Shown here: piece by piece, positions 35,766 through 50,276 of the stretch | How positions within the stretch are numbered: position 1 is the stretch's first letter | Layout of the letters: each line of letters opens with the position of its first letter | Source of the DNA: Octopus bimaculoides | Taxonomy: Eukaryota | DNA: 64,000 bases | Reading direction: 5' to 3' | Assembly: GCF_001194135.2 (NCBI RefSeq) | Contig: NC_068988.1 | Location: 66,260,263-66,324,262 of the forward strand | Made by a program: the position numbers and the translations under genes | Notes under the pieces: generated by a model | Told to the model about the DNA's origin: nothing | The model's input: only the letters and a program-made list of their open reading frames with translations | The model's database searches: none

Positions 35766-36852
35766 GAATTTTGTTTTTCTGCTGTTGTGTTGGTAAGACT
35801 TGATACGATTATATAATTATGAAAGACGTACGTTCAATAGTAGAATGTAAGTTAAACAAATAATTTTCTTATAGAATGCCAGCAATCGTAGCCAAGAGTA
35901 TAGCAACTATAAATCCACTCAAGACAGGAAGAATTCCTCGTGGATATATTGGAGAAACATTAATTTGTATGACATATCCGATAGCTATAGCAGCTAATGT
36001 AAATGTCTATTTTAATGATACTAATATTTGCAAGTCAATTTTAACCGTCCCCGACATCTTACATTGGTATTGTAATACCTGTCACATTCATGTCATTCTC
36101 TAATTGATACCACACATGGTTATTACTTGAATGTGTACAGGAATTCTTGGTATCTTGCTAACAGACCCTGCAGAAATTGTAGGCTAATTATAAAGAATAC
36201 ATAGAAACCCAAATTGAAAATCATAATCCTCTTGATTCATAAAACCTGCGGTAGTATACTTGTGCACATATAAGTTATGATGTAAATTAGAGAGTGTTTC
36301 GCCGTATGGTTTCTTTGACTATTTCAAAATGGTGAATGATAAATATATTTGCGTAGACCATTGTTCACAAATATGTGTCCCTCCAATGATGCTAAGTCTA
36401 CATGCCAGAGAGAGAGGGAGAGAAAGAGAGACAGAAACAGAGATAGACAGACAGAAAGAGACAGAGAGAGAAAGGGAGGGAGGTAGGGAGAAAGAGAGAG
36501 GGTTTTAAACCAATTCGAAAGTAAATAGTTTTTATAAATCTCCCAATTCCTTTTAGGTCCGTAAAATCTTGTCCATTCATTTGCCGTGATGTATGTCGTT
36601 AAGTGAGATAAGCATTTCAAAAATTATACTGAGGTACAATCAACATTTCGAAGTTGTCGTATTCCCGAAAGTCAGCCCTGATTAAACATATTCCATCAAT
36701 GGCTGTTTTGTCTTGTTAGTGATTGTCAGAAATACATAATCTCTAAGTTATTCATCATTTAACAAAACAGAGTGTGATTTGTGGTATAATTTGGCTACGT
36801 TTTCTATCACGTTTATGTTCTCTTGCTAATTCTTTCAAAATGTTGTTCATGT

Positions 36853-37075
36853 TACTCTTTTACTCTTTTACCTATTTCAGTCATTTGACTGTAGCCATGC
36901 TGGAGCACTGCCTTTTAGTCGAGCAAATCGACCCCAGGACTTATTCTTTGAAAGCCTAGTACTTATTCTATCGGTCTCTTATGCTGAACCGCTAAGTTAC
37001 GGGGACGTAAACACACCAGCATCAGTTGTCAAGCGATGTTGGGGGGAAAACACAGACACACACACACAGACACAG

Positions 37076-37166
<91 letters not shown>

Positions 37167-37335
37167 TACGACAGGCTTCTTTCAGTTTCCGTCTACCAAA
37201 TCCACTCACAAGGCTGCTTTGGTCGGCCCAAGACTATAGTAGAGGACACTTCCCAAGGTGCCACGCAGTGGGACTGAACCCGGAACCATGAGGTTGGTAA
37301 GCAAGCTACTTACCACACAGCCACTCCTACGCCTA
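36853..37335 (-). mobile_element. Family-B SINE, full length, internal (CA)n(AT)n fully assembled
   Basis: Near-identical to 14866-15287 apart from the ~100-nt internal microsatellite. Confidence 0.93.
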
Positions 37336-39696
37336 TGTTGTGAATATTTTGTTCGAATATTAAAATGTATTCGACTTTGACGGAATATACTTCGTATATC
37401 CTTCAAAATAGATAAAAGAACCATTTATGTATGGTGGACAACACAATAGTTTTCTCTAGAATACACATCAACACATTAGTAGTCTTCTGTTTAATTCAGT
37501 AATAATACGCATGCACAAGGTGTGTGAGGGAGTATCAGAATCGTTTATTATCAGACACGATTCCTAGCAGCATTAAATTAGAGCTCTTTATGCCCCTAGT
37601 TTAGATTCGCCCAAGTCAGTTTTAATTTTCATTCTTCTGTGATTGTTAAAATTAAGATATCATCCATGCACTAGATCAATTTCATAGACTCGATCACCAT
37701 CCTTTGTTTCCATGTTGGAAATCGATATTTAAACATGTAAGTGTATATCGATCTGAGTACATATTGTGAGTGTGACGACATTAATATCGTGATAAAATCT
37801 AAGATAAGAAATGAAGAATGATGGAATCCGCCAATTATAATTGAACCTGTTTTGTAAAATAAAGTTTGTTGCGGTGAGCAAGGATGGAGAGCTGAACAAA
37901 AGATATCGCGCCCTTCACTGACGACATGTTTTTCTATCGGTTTTCATGTTGATTTTCCTATACCAAGGAAGGAGGGTATATGTGACAACTATTTATTGAT
38001 ATCTGTTTAATTGCTGATACCTCTTCTACAAACTTACGTTTAGAGAGATAAGAGTGTAGTGAGCTATTTTTGCTATTGTCGTTGTTTTTACTTTTGTTGT
38101 TTAACCATAGGTCGACCGTATGTAAGTAGACTTATGTTTAAAACAGTGAATACATAATTTTGTGCTCAACTATGCTGTATGGATACTAATCTAATTGTAG
38201 AGTATGCTCTTCTGTTTTAGTAAAATGTCATAATGTGTTATGAAAGAAATATAACTAATTTCTATTAGCTCGAGTTATATTGTAAGGGTTTCTTTATTGG
38301 TTCGTTGTTGTTAGTGATGTTAAGAGTCTCGAGTTGAGAGAAATGAAGAAGCTTGTGACATGGTATACACGATTTTCTTTCATGTACTTGCTTCTCATCC
38401 TTCAGAGTTCGACTAATCGCCAATAAATAACATTAACCATGTAGCTGACAGTGATTACCTCTGAGTAGGGGACTCACATTATGTAATAAAGAGCGCTAAA
38501 AATATCAAGATTATTGATGCTATTACTTGAAGAAACTTTCTCTTCTGGTGTTCAGAATTTTAAAACAAAGTTTAAGTGGAAATCTAGAGGCTAAAATAAG
38601 TATATTTGACCTAAGAAACGATAAAGGTTCGATATGCAGAGGCTCTTTATCAAGGCAAAGAAATGAGATCTCAGCGCAATATATTTGTACAACAGCTGAT
38701 AAATATTAGATATTTAAACTACGTTTTATCTAAGAAAGAGGAGTGAGTGTTCGGTTTGTTGTACTTGAATTATATCCTACAGCTACACATATTTTGAACT
38801 ACAAATTGTCGAAGCAAAGGACAGATGGTTTTTCTGTGAGTTATTCTGTAATATATATCGCGTTCTTGCTATAGGCATCCTTACGCTTTCCTTAACAGGC
38901 CACACTTCCTCTCGGAATATTTGTTGCCCAAACAAGCTTTTATTGATTTCTTTCCAATTGAATATGTTTTTAAACATGTTGAACTCGATAGAACTATCCC
39001 CTACCCTCTGTGGGAAATGGTTGCCATCAAAGAAAGGATTTACAACGATTTATATAACTAAGTGTGTGTTTGTTGCAAGAATTTTACGAATATTAATCAT
39101 ATTTCACAGAAAATATAACGTAATGGAATAACCAACTTGATACGAGAAATACTTGGTGAAAGCAACCAATAGTGATTCATTAAAAAGATGGCAGCCGCAA
39201 TAGTAAAATATAATAATACGTTGAATTTCAACTAAATTTTATCTTAATTGCACTGTTCTAATTATGTATTATTTTCTATTTTCTAATTTTGCATTTCATT
39301 TTCGGTTTTAATTGGTGTAGTCTGAATTTAAAAGACGACAAATGGAAGTTTTCTGTGAACTGATTAATTTGTAAATAGTCAGACAGGCTTTGTTTACTTT
39401 CCACGAAGAATGATTAAAGTGCCTCAATAATACCTAAGTTTCTCAGAGATAATAACCGTGCTAACGATGGTGATAAATTCTAGTTTAAGCAGACACTAAT
39501 ACTTTAGCATAGATCTCTAGTGCAAAGTTATTTTTAGCGAGTATGATTTATCTTGATAAATTTCAAATATTGACACATTTTTCTCAAGTTGATAAACGAC
39601 TTACTGTACAAACAATACAGTTATTAACACTTCTTGGCTGAGAAAAAAAGATATTATATAAATATAAATGAATATATATATATATACATACATATA

Positions 39697-39729
<33 letters not shown>

Positions 39730-42647
39730 ATGTATGTATATACTATTAAAAAGGTCATGTTAAATTACCTCGTGAAATATTATCACTCGAAAATGTTACA
39801 AAAAAGTCAATTTGTGCCGGAACTCTTAGAAACATTAATGAGTAATTTTCTTTTGCTCCGTTTATTAACTAAACCTCTGTATGTGTGTGAGAGAGAGAGA
39901 GACAGAGTGAGTGTATGCGTGTGTGTGCTACTTTTGTCAACACGAGCAGCCTACACTTCATACTGTTGAGGTCTAATTAGGCTGAAATATGATTAGAATG
40001 CTTCCCGCATTTGATAGATAATAGGCTCCCCTCTCGTTGTATTCTATGTTCAATTTAATTTAATTTAAATATCAAAATTGTTCCTTCACATTCTTTCCCC
40101 AGAATTAATCATTAAGTCAATTATTGTCTAGTTCTCAGTATGGATTTCTTTTTAAGTAATCGATATTTCTAAACTCACTGCTTATATCAGTATTCAGTTT
40201 CCTAATCAGAATTATGTATGATATTTAATAACTTATGTATTTATGATTATGGGAAGTCATGCGCTGTTAACGATGATCATTAACACAGTTTCTGTATTTA
40301 AAATCACGGCTTGTAGATTTTACAGTAGACAATTCAAATTTAATACAAACTTCCCGGCAATAACCTGGCTTCGGTTCGTGAACATTTTATGCTTTCCCTC
40401 GCGTTTTTACAATGTACAGTTATTTTTTTATCTTCTTAATTCATACTTTAAACGTATTGTGATTGCATTGCGTTGAATTTGTTACGGGAAATCTCCAGAA
40501 AACCTGTTAAGGACAAGTAATGTCACTATCAAATGTCATTATTCTGAACAGGTCTTCATAAACTGTGTTTATAGCATAAGAAGCTATAACGAATGTTAGT
40601 TACGTAATTATTCTCTTGGCAGATGTCATCACTACAGTAAATTAGTTCATTGTGTCTGACTGGTTTGATTAGAATTCAGGATTGAGAAGTATCTATACTG
40701 ATAGTCAAAGTATGTTACAGTTATGACAATATTGTCTTTACTTCAGCGATAGTATATCTTTTATTTAACGGTGGGATGTGTTTAGAGCGAAGTTTGATTG
40801 CTACTTCTAATAGGTCGAATAACCAAGTAGAGGCTCTGTCATCAGTTTATGTACTACTGTTGTAAACTTTAATGATGACAATCTCACAGATTTATCCCGG
40901 TGTTTGTTATAATGAAGCTATTCCGATCTGCATAATACCATGACGTATTTATTAGTTCAAATGCTAACGGAAAACCAAACACAACACGAGAGGTTCGAAA
41001 AGAATACATTGATATGAGACGCAACAAAGTGTTCAAAGAGAATCACTGTGTCAAGTGAAGGGTACGACTGGTATTTATTGTATCAAAAGAAATTAACAGA
41101 CTAAGTTTAAACTAAATACCGTGGATTTATACTATCTCATCTATTTCAGATTCCCTCAAATATGCCTTAGCAATGTGTTACCGTGCTTCTCTTCACTCAC
41201 AAATCTAAATCTCTTGGAACAAATATGATGATTAGTTTCAAGCTGTTCTAGAAATTTAATTGGTTTCTTTGCTTAATTAAAAGACATTACATTGGCTTCA
41301 TATTATAATTATTGTCATTGTTCATAGATTGGCCTGATCATTAGTGAGTGGAAAATGAATGTCCTCATCTTACTAATTGCAATATTGAAATTAACAGTAA
41401 CACAATAAACCTCTATGAATTTAAAGAACATTAAAACCGACATCACCTTCCTGTTCCAGTTGGAGTAGTGTTCACTCAAGTAGTGTTCCACCTCGTTGGA
41501 ATAGTTTTGAGTCCTCAATGAAACGGCGTTCATACAGCAGAAGCATCTATATTATTTCTCCACATTTAAAAATTGAAATGTTTCTTTAAAATCACAGCCC
41601 AGTTATATGAAAAAGAGAGGACTCATTGGGCAGTTTGGTTGTAAATTTACCGAGAAGACTGTGTGATTACAGTTGGAACGCCTTCGATATTAGGTCATCT
41701 CTATTAGAGATAAACGATTACTCACTGAAGTATGTCAGAATAAGATACAAGTATTACTCATATTGCGCTATAACTTATGTATGTAATACTCTTCTGTTGG
41801 TTTTACCATTTCACCCGCAAACATTGGGCATTCAGTTGATTTTCAATGAGTTACTCAGCAACACACATCACGTACAATGGCTCAACCTCCTTACCCTGCT
41901 TTTCAGTACCTGTCAGTCTAAATGTCAGTTCATCTACTGATGTATATTCAGGCGTTGGTAAGATGTTTGAGAGAAACCAGCAGTTTCCCTTGCATACAAC
42001 TCTCCTCTCTCCACATCGGTGATGTAGAGAGACGGGATGGTCTGTTGCCTCAGGCCGTTACGGCTTGGCAGCGGTGTCATCGCAAGTCTAACTGTTCCGT
42101 CAATTCCCGACCTTCTTTTAGTATCTGTTGTATTATCGACTTCAAATAGATGAAAAGTAAAGTTGAGGTCGGAAGGATTTCAGCTCAGAGGGTAGAGAGC
42201 CGAAACAAATACTTCGTGGTGTCCCACACTCTAACAGCTATGTCAGTTCTGGCAATTCTAGTGCTAAACGGTCGACGTGCTATTTCCATGAACATAAAAC
42301 TCGACTTTTCGGAAACATACTTGTGTTCAACAAGATCGGTACATGTCAAAAATTGAAGATTGTTATTTGCAGCTAGTTGATCGACCACATTGAGGCTCTC
42401 TCTTGAGGTTACAAAACAATTTTCCATCTTTAGGACTATTTTAACTTACGCAGAAGTTAAAATTCCATGTTGACACGCAGCAACGTTAGGTGCCACATAC
42501 ATCATGTCCCTCAGCCAAACATTCTCTGTTGAAGTCTCACTAGAGTACAGTTCCCTATTATTTCTATGGCAAGCAATACCACTGTGCACTGCCATCGTCG
42601 TTTTATCGTCAGCTTTTAGTGTTCCCTTCCTCTATATGTGTGTGTGT

Positions 42648-42900
42648 GTTGGCACTCCGTCGCTTACGACGTCGAGGGTTCCAGTTGATCCGATCAACGG
42701 AACAGCCTGCTCGTGAAATTGACGTGCAAGTGGCTGAGCACTCCACAGATATGTGTACCCTTAACGTAGTTCTCGGGGATATTCAGCGTGACACAGTGTG
42801 ACAAGGCTGACCCTTTGAATACCAGGCACAACAGAAACTGGAAGTAAGAGTGAGAGAAAGTTGTGGCGAAAGAGTACAGCAGGGTTCACCACCATCTCCT
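42648..42900 (-). mobile_element. Family-A SINE, 5'-truncated, (CA)n tail
   Basis: gttggcactccgtcgcttacgacgtcgagggttccag...agagtacagcagggttcaccaccatctcct. Confidence 0.92.
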
Positions 42901-43080
42901 GGTCTTACTTTAGAGAGCATTATTCCCGTGAGATCTTACTCTTCGAATGAATACTTTTCTAATGAGGTCTTACTCGAGTGACAACTACTCTATTGAGTTC
43001 TTACTCGAGTGAATACTACCTCACTGAAGTTATACTAGACTGAGCAGTTCTCTGACGGTATCTTTCTCCTGTGAGTATTG
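42900..43080. repeat. Degenerate ~31-bp minisatellite, about 6 copies
   Basis: Units such as ggtcttactcgagtgacaactactctattga / gttcttactcgagtgaatactacctcactga / gatcttactcttcgaatgaatacttttctaatga. Confidence 0.7.
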
Positions 43081-43692
43081 ATCAGTAGTCAGTCATATAT
43101 GAAAATGTAAACTGAATATTTTCACTAATAAAGTTTTTTACCATTAGCATAGGTTTTTGTTGTGTTTGTCGTGACTCCATTCTTGTGAATGTAAAGAGGA
43201 CAGATGCTGGCATAGACCATCATCAATTTCCTCATCATATTGCGGATTTCGCCTCATTAATATTATAATATTGTTTATAAATTTTAAGTAACGTGTTGCT
43301 TCTGTTGTTGAGGGGAAAACAAGTTATGATGTATTCTTTTTCTCTGGAGGAACTTTTTGCCGACTTTCATTATTGTCCGACAATAATTTGTGGTTAACTA
43401 GATCTGCCTTTCAATTATATGTACATGAAAACAAATATATTTTGTTCACAAGTAATTTCTGTAATTTTTTCCCAATGTACCAACAAACGTGAGTAGAATT
43501 ACAAATTGACTTTGGAAATGTGTATATCCAGATGATACATAGACGTACACCTATTTGTGCAGTGTTTTATATACACATACGCATACGTGTATTTATACAT
43601 GTATATAATAGTAATGTATATACAGTATATATATAATGTTACACAGACACATATATACAGAATATAAAATATATATAAACATACATATATAT

Positions 43693-43751
<59 letters not shown>

Positions 43752-44454
43752 AATGCACCAGCACACACACACACACACATACACACATATATATATGCAT
43801 ATATATATAGAAACATGAGTAGACACACACAGACACACACGCACACACACACATATATAACAGACACGTCGCATGTGTTTACTTTCTGTGGTGAAATATA
43901 CGAATGTGTCGCTTGTAAGAGTATGTGTATGAATGTATGTATGTATGTATGTATGTATGTATGTATGTATGTATGTATGTTTGTATGTATGCAAGCATGT
44001 ATGTGTGAGTGTGTGCGTGTGTGTGTGTCTACACTCATCAGCCCATATGTATGTAACGTCATGGGGTTTATCTATTTGTTATTGTTTATGTTGTTACTTT
44101 TCCCTGCCTTTGTCATGGTAATACTTGTGTTATTTACAAATTCTATTCTACACCGAATTGCGGTTAGTGTATAAAAACCTGGCTTTGTTATGCTGGCGCA
44201 CAGTTTTCGCTCGCTATTTCCCTTCGGCAATTCTCTTTTCTTGAAGACTTTTCTGAAAAAAAATCTTTTCAACTAGATTTTTCTGAATATTTTACATTTT
44301 TGTTTTCTTTTTTCCTGTCAAATGTGATTTCGAAGGCGATGTTAATTAAGAGCGTTTGCTCAAATCATCAAAATTCTTGGTGGTTTTCATACCATTATCA
44401 GCATTTCTTTGGCATACTCTCAAGAGATGAATTGCATAAATAATCCATCGTACT

Positions 44455-44650
44455 ATAGATCGAAGACCTTAAATTTTGGGGGAAGTGGCTATTGGATTAC
44501 ATCGACCACAGTGCTCAAGTCGTACTTATTTTCTGAACCCCGAGAGGGTGAAAATAAAGTTGACCGCAACGGAATTTGAACTTAAAATGTAAAAGCGGAG
44601 AAATTCCGCTAAGCATTTTGTCCGGTATTAACGATTCTGCCAGCTTACTG
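44455..44650 (-). mobile_element. Family-C SINE, diverged
   Basis: gacc ttaaattttggggg...gattacatcgaccacagtgctcaagtcgtacttatt...ggaatttgaactt...ccgctaagcattttgtccgg..taacgattctgccagct. Confidence 0.8.
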
Positions 44651-44917
44651 CAACTTTCAGTTTAACAGGACCTTCTGTTTTTGGTGGCACTTTCACTTGA
44701 GCTACACACCCGAGGAGAGTACCCGACTCTTGACTGCCGTTCCACCACTAGGGCTGAGCTCTTGTGAAAAAAATATTGATCCCTGCTCTTCCTTCTCTAA
44801 ATTTTATACAAATGAAACTAAACTTTTACTTAACAAACATGTCCACATTATTAAAACTACATCTTCTTACTGTTGAAAACTGATAGTTCTCTGCACTGCT
44901 GAGAAGTACTTCGGAGT

Positions 44918-45240
44918 TGCAGGCATAGCTGAGTGGTTAAGAAGTTCACTTGGTAATCACGAGAGTCCAGGATCGATTCCAGCTAGCAGATTGTAAAATT
45001 GCCGTGGCAGAAAGAGTGTGGAAAGCACTCGGGCAGGTATTACTGCAATGCCAAGTCCCAGCCATATCCCTTCATTTATGCTGTTGATTCTTACCAAAAA
45101 TTTCATTACATATACACCTGTCGATGGAATACCCAGCCCCTTTCATGATAAGTTGACGAGTAGGTTGTTCAGTTGATCGAATACCTAACCACTCATCTTC
45201 AAAATCGATGTTGGGTCTGTTGTCATGACAGGAATTTGAA
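44918..45240 (+). mobile_element. Older tRNA-headed SINE, distantly similar to family A
   Basis: Head GCAGGCATAGCTGAGTGGTTAAG...GGATCGATTCC. The 3' part gagtaggttgttcagttgatcgaat resembles family-A gagcaggctgttccgttgatcggat. Confidence 0.45.
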
Positions 45241-46044
45241 AGACTGCTCATGAGTGAGGTAAATTAATCCTATAGAACGAAAATCGTTTTCTAATCTCAA
45301 AACAATACTCTAAAAAGTGAGTCTATGCATGGTCGATCGACTACCTGAAAATATCAGACAAATTCCCCCTAAAAAAGGAAAAGGATATATAAGTTAATTA
45401 TCGTGTCGTATATTTTTGAAAACTTCCGAAATTTTTCAAAATAAGGTCTGCTCGATTAGGATTGTTTTAAGAAATATATGAATAAGCATGTATGTACGTA
45501 CGTATTTATGTATGTGTGTGTATGTATATGCGTATGTGTGTATGTATGTATGTATGTGTGTATCTTGTATGTGTACATATGAATAGGTGTGTATGAGTGG
45601 ATATGTGTAAGTGTGTATGTGTATGTATGAATGTATGTATGTATGTGTGTATTCATGTATATATGTATATTTGTATTTATTTACGTATTATGCATGTGTA
45701 TATGTCTCAAAGTATTATTCGTACTTTGGTTTATACCGGACGAATGAGATCCGAATGAACAATATATGTAACCTTTTATTGAAACTGAAACTATCGTGAG
45801 ATAGAGAGAAAAGAGTGAGAGAGACAATGTACGGGGAATTATATTTGACAGTATGCACGAACTAGATATCTTTTTAATAAGATATTCTAAATGTTATGTG
45901 TAAATCTTTGGTATATTTAATTTTGTTCTATCATTGTATCCCTACTAAGTCGTATTTTAATAACCGGAGCTATTTCTGTACATAACACTGTTGATATCAC
46001 CTTCTTGTATTCCACATTTAAAGTGTATATTCCTCTCATTTCAG

Positions 46045-46139
46045 GTATCACAGGAAATGTAAGCATTGATGAGAACGGGGACAGGAATGCAGATTACTCT
46101 CTTCTTGATATGACCGACCCATTGTCTGGTCGTTTTGAG
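46045..46139 (+). CDS. NPR1-like: Next coding exon (95 nt, phase 1 to 0) of the same receptor guanylyl cyclase
   Basis: Acceptor tcctctcatttcag|GT, donor GAG|gtaaga. Completes the split Gly codon (G+GT) and gives GITGNVSIDENGDRNADYSLLDMTDPLSGRFE, matching the family motif GxTGxVxIDxxGDRxxDxSLxDM. Confidence 0.96.
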
Positions 46140-46802
46140 GTAAGATATTTATATTCTAAGCTACATTTTTGTGTATCATGCATTCTGTCCAGTCTGGTGT
46201 TAATACAACTGAGGATTAAGTCGTCAGTTGCCAAGCTGGTTTAATTCATTGTCGTGAGGTGCCAAATGCGTTGCCTGTAAAATTGAAATTTATTATAGAA
46301 AATGTATTTAGTTATATAAGCGAATAGGTTTAGCGTTTTGACGAGTCAAAATAGAATTTAACAATCTCAAGTATATAGTTATATGCAGATATATAGAACG
46401 CTGGATCTTCAGATCAGCGGATCATGGTTTCATCAATTTCTTTACTCTACTAAATACGTACAAAATCATCCTTTATACTTACAATGTATGGAAGACCGAT
46501 AATTGATAAAATTTACTGCAGAGAGGAGATAGGAAAAGAAAGATCTAATAAGATGTTGAAAGCAAATGATGAGTAGTGGTGATGAGGGGGGGGGGGTGAA
46601 GATAATAGAGAGTATGAGAGAGAGAAAGAGAGGCAGTATGAGAGAGAGAGAGAGAGCGGCAGTATGAAAGGGAGAGATAGAGAGAGAGAGGCGGCGAAAT
46701 TCTTGTTGATAGAGGATATTAGTAGTGGGAGAAAAGAGCGAAAGTTATAAAGAACGAGAGAAAGGTAAGCAGATACAGTGATAATGAAACAGAGTAACAC
46801 TT

Positions 46803-47163
46803 TTTTCAAATTTTGACACAAGGCCAGTAATTGCAGGGGATCGGCTAAGTCGATTATATCGGCCCCCACCAGTGATCAACTGGTTTTTATTTTATCGACC
46901 ACGAAAGGATGAAAGCTGAAGTCGACCTCAGTGGTATACTGACGATTCTTTTCTACTAAAGGCACGAGGCCCGAAATTTTTGTAGAGGGGGCCAGTCGAT
47001 AAGATCGACTCTAGTACGCAACTGGTACTTAATTTATCGATCCCCGAAAGGTTGAAAGGCAAATTCGATCTCGACGGAATTTTAACTCACAACGTAAAGA
47101 CAAACGAAATGCCGCTAAGGATTTCGCCCGGCGTGCTAACGTTTCTGTCAGCTCACCGCCTTA
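46803..47163 (-). mobile_element. Two adjacent family-C SINE copies (46803-46935 partial; 46948-47163 full length) with different tails
   Basis: The first has the caaattttgacacaaggccag tail and the second has the ttttctactaaaggcacgaggcccgaaattt tail. The head ends ctgtcagctcaccgcc. Confidence 0.87.
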
Positions 47164-47695
47164 GAGCGTGTAATATTAACAAGAGAGATAACAGTGGTGA
47201 AATTTATAAAGAATGACAGAGAGGTAGGCAGAGTAAATGCATTTGTATATTAGGAATTAAGGTGTTGGATCTAAGTTTAATGACTTATCTATTGTTAATG
47301 TAAACAAAAGTCAGGAACAGCAAGAGTTAAAGAAAATAGTCAAATACAAATATTTTGAGAGAATTTAAAATACATATAAAGCAAATTGATGAGACAGGTG
47401 GAGATATAAAGATTAAAGCAAGAGATAGTTATGAACAATGATTAGTAACAAATAGGGTTAAAATGTTGAATAACCTTCAAATACAATGATTTCCAATTAA
47501 TTGTATTGAAGTTGCCACAGCTAGCTAAGGGGTAGATACCTATGAACATTAATTTACTTAGAATATAAAGTAATGAAATAAGACATTAAAAAATGAAAAA
47601 AAAAAGAATAAACAAAATACATTGTTCAAAACTATCTTCTGGTTTAATTTTCATATCTCCAGCTGCCTCAGTGCTTATATGTGTTTTAAACACTC

Positions 47696-47730
<35 letters not shown>

Positions 47731-48027
47731 TGTATATATATANNNNNNNNNNNNNNNNNNNNNNNNNNNNNNNNNNNNNNNNNNNNNNNNNNNNNNNNNN
47801 NNNNNNNNNNNNNNNNNNNNNNNNNNNNNNNNNNNNNNNNNNNNNNNNNNNNNNNNNNNNNNNNNNNNNNNNNNNNNNNNNNNNNNNNNNNNNNNNNNNN
47901 NNNNNNNNNNNNNNNNNNNNNNNNNNNNNNNNNNNNNNNNNNNNNNNNNNNNNNNNNNNNNNNNNNNNNNNNNNNNNNNNNNNNNNNNNNNNNNNNNNNN
48001 NTATATATTTATATATATATATTATAG

Positions 48028-48500
48028 TCTAAAATGCTATTGTCATTCCAAGCTTGCTGTAGGGCTGAGAACCTGGACTCTATATCATAGCGACATGCAA
48101 ACATTACAGCGTTTTCACCAACAAAAGGTTCGCTCAATCTTGAACATCAAATGGGACCAGTATTTGACCATCAAAAATGTTCTGAAAAGAGCCAACAGTC
48201 AAAATATCGAATCGCTGATAATGAAACTCCATCTTCGATGATCAGGACACGTAGCAAGAATGGAAAAGTGAAGTTATCATGCCAGGGAGCTCACTTCTGT
48301 GAAAAGACCACGAGGTTGCTTTCTTCGAAGATGCAAAGGTCAACTCAAATCAACACTGAAAACCACTGGAATTGAGCCTAAATCGTTTGAAATGAAAGGC
48401 CTACCCCGTACTACGTGACGGTGTTACATCTATATCGGAACCAAAATCTTCGAAGCCACTAGAAATGAAACGACAGGAGAGACAGGCTCAACAAAACCAT
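48028..48500 (+). mobile_element. RTE (BovB-like) LINE 3' fragment, decayed
   Basis: NAIVIPSLL*G.E/TWTLYHSDMQTLQRFHQQKVRSILNIKWDQYLT..NVLKRANSQNIESLIMKLHLR*SGHVARME..KRPRG..KGQLKSTLK..GI..TT*R..GTKIFEATR. Confidence 0.9.
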
Positions 48501-48593
48501 CCTCGTCGTCAACTAAACTTATCATGCAGTCAATGTATTGGGCTCTTCTATGCCATAACAAGTTTACAGATTCATCAGCACCATCTTCATTGA

Positions 48594-48648
<55 letters not shown>

Positions 48649-50276
48649 ATCATTGATTGGGCATTTATTTCATCTTAGGAGAGTTGGTTTTTGTTTGTTC
48701 CTTACGTACGCAATGACGTGTTGATTTTAGCCTTGTTTCACATTAAGTCTCCCCACGTCATTCTTCATCTTATTCTGCTCAGTAAAGCATTATATGTAGG
48801 ATGGAGGGGTTTAGTTTTTCTTTACTGTTTTCCTTCCTCAGTGTGTGTGTGTGTGTAGAGTTGTGTGATGCGATATGTGTGATGCTGTAATGTTGTGTTT
48901 TGGTGGGAGGTTGTCGGATGTTGTTAGGTGATATATGATATTATGTGCTGCTTTGTATTGAGAGCTATTGTTGTTTAGTACTGTTTCATGTTGGGTGAGT
49001 TAATGTTATGCGTTGTAAGGTTTTGTGATGTTGTTTGATGTTGTTTAGTGATGTGTTATATTGTGTAATGTTTAGCCTTGTGTCGCTGGTGTTGTGGTAT
49101 TTTGTAACGTTGTGTGGGGTTGTGGAATTTTATAATGTTATGTGAAATATACTGTGTGATGCGCAATAAATAACGTATAACTTTATATGTTATAGATTGA
49201 AAAACAAAACTAACAAAAATTATGAACAATGCTGTATTTACATATAAAGCCAATTTCTTGATAGGGACATTGATTTGATAAACAATATCTGCTCTCCACA
49301 CTCGGATATCCGTTAATTCATGGATAATTTAAAGATAAAGCCTTAGCAATAAAACAAAGGTTACTGATCAATCATGTACATGTAGAATAATTATTGTTTC
49401 CTGATTTCCTATGTAATTATATAATTACATATTTCAGCTGATCTTAGCATGAAGTAAAAATTATTGATTTTTTATTTTTCTCGTTGACAATTGATGCTGA
49501 ATATATATGGATGTAAATGAAGTCAAGGGCGGGAATTAATAGAATGCTAAAGGTTTTTTCTATTATATAGGCATTAGCAATAGAAAGAAGAACAATTACT
49601 TAAAACATTGTTTGAATAGATTGTCTTAGATAATAGGAAAACGGCTGTATACGAGGAATTTCTGATGGTCAGAGAGAGTAAATTGGAATAGAAATGGTTC
49701 AAACACGCAAGTGGTGAAAAATATTCCATTTCTGAGAGAACGGTCTTTTAAATAGATTGGTTTTATTGAGTTTGAAGTAGAAGTAGTTAAACAGTGAAGA
49801 ATACGGGCCGAAAAAGAAGATTGAGGGAGGATGAGCGAAAAATTAGTGTTAGAATGAACTAAAGAACTAAGATTTCCAATAGATTTGAAAAACGTTGACA
49901 AAAGAAGAAAAGACTACAAAGCAATATGCACTTGCATGTATACATACATACATGCATACATACACACATACATACATACATACATACATACATACATACA
50001 TAATACATACATACATGCATTCCCTTCTGCGTTAGCCCCTTGTAGGTAATAAAAAATCCATACATATATGTATAAGTTGTGCATACATGCACATATATAT
50101 ACAAATATGCGCTAAATATGCAAATGGCCACAGATGCAAGTGCAACTAGATTTTTCCCGTTCAAGTTTAGGCGAGGATGTTGAACTGTGATGGAAGTGAG
50201 TCCACTCACAGAGTGAATTAAAATAATGGATGTATGGGTTTGGACATTGTTAGGGTCTTGATATAACCGGGTAGGG

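Noticed and set aside
46005-46244. 79-aa ORF as a standalone gene
   Set aside because: Only 46045-46139 is protein-like and bounded by splice sites; the rest is intron read-through.
47165-47580. Purine-rich stretch with faint AP-endonuclease-like words (DR..G.V, GGD)
   Set aside because: Too degenerate, with many stops; cannot be supported without a profile search.
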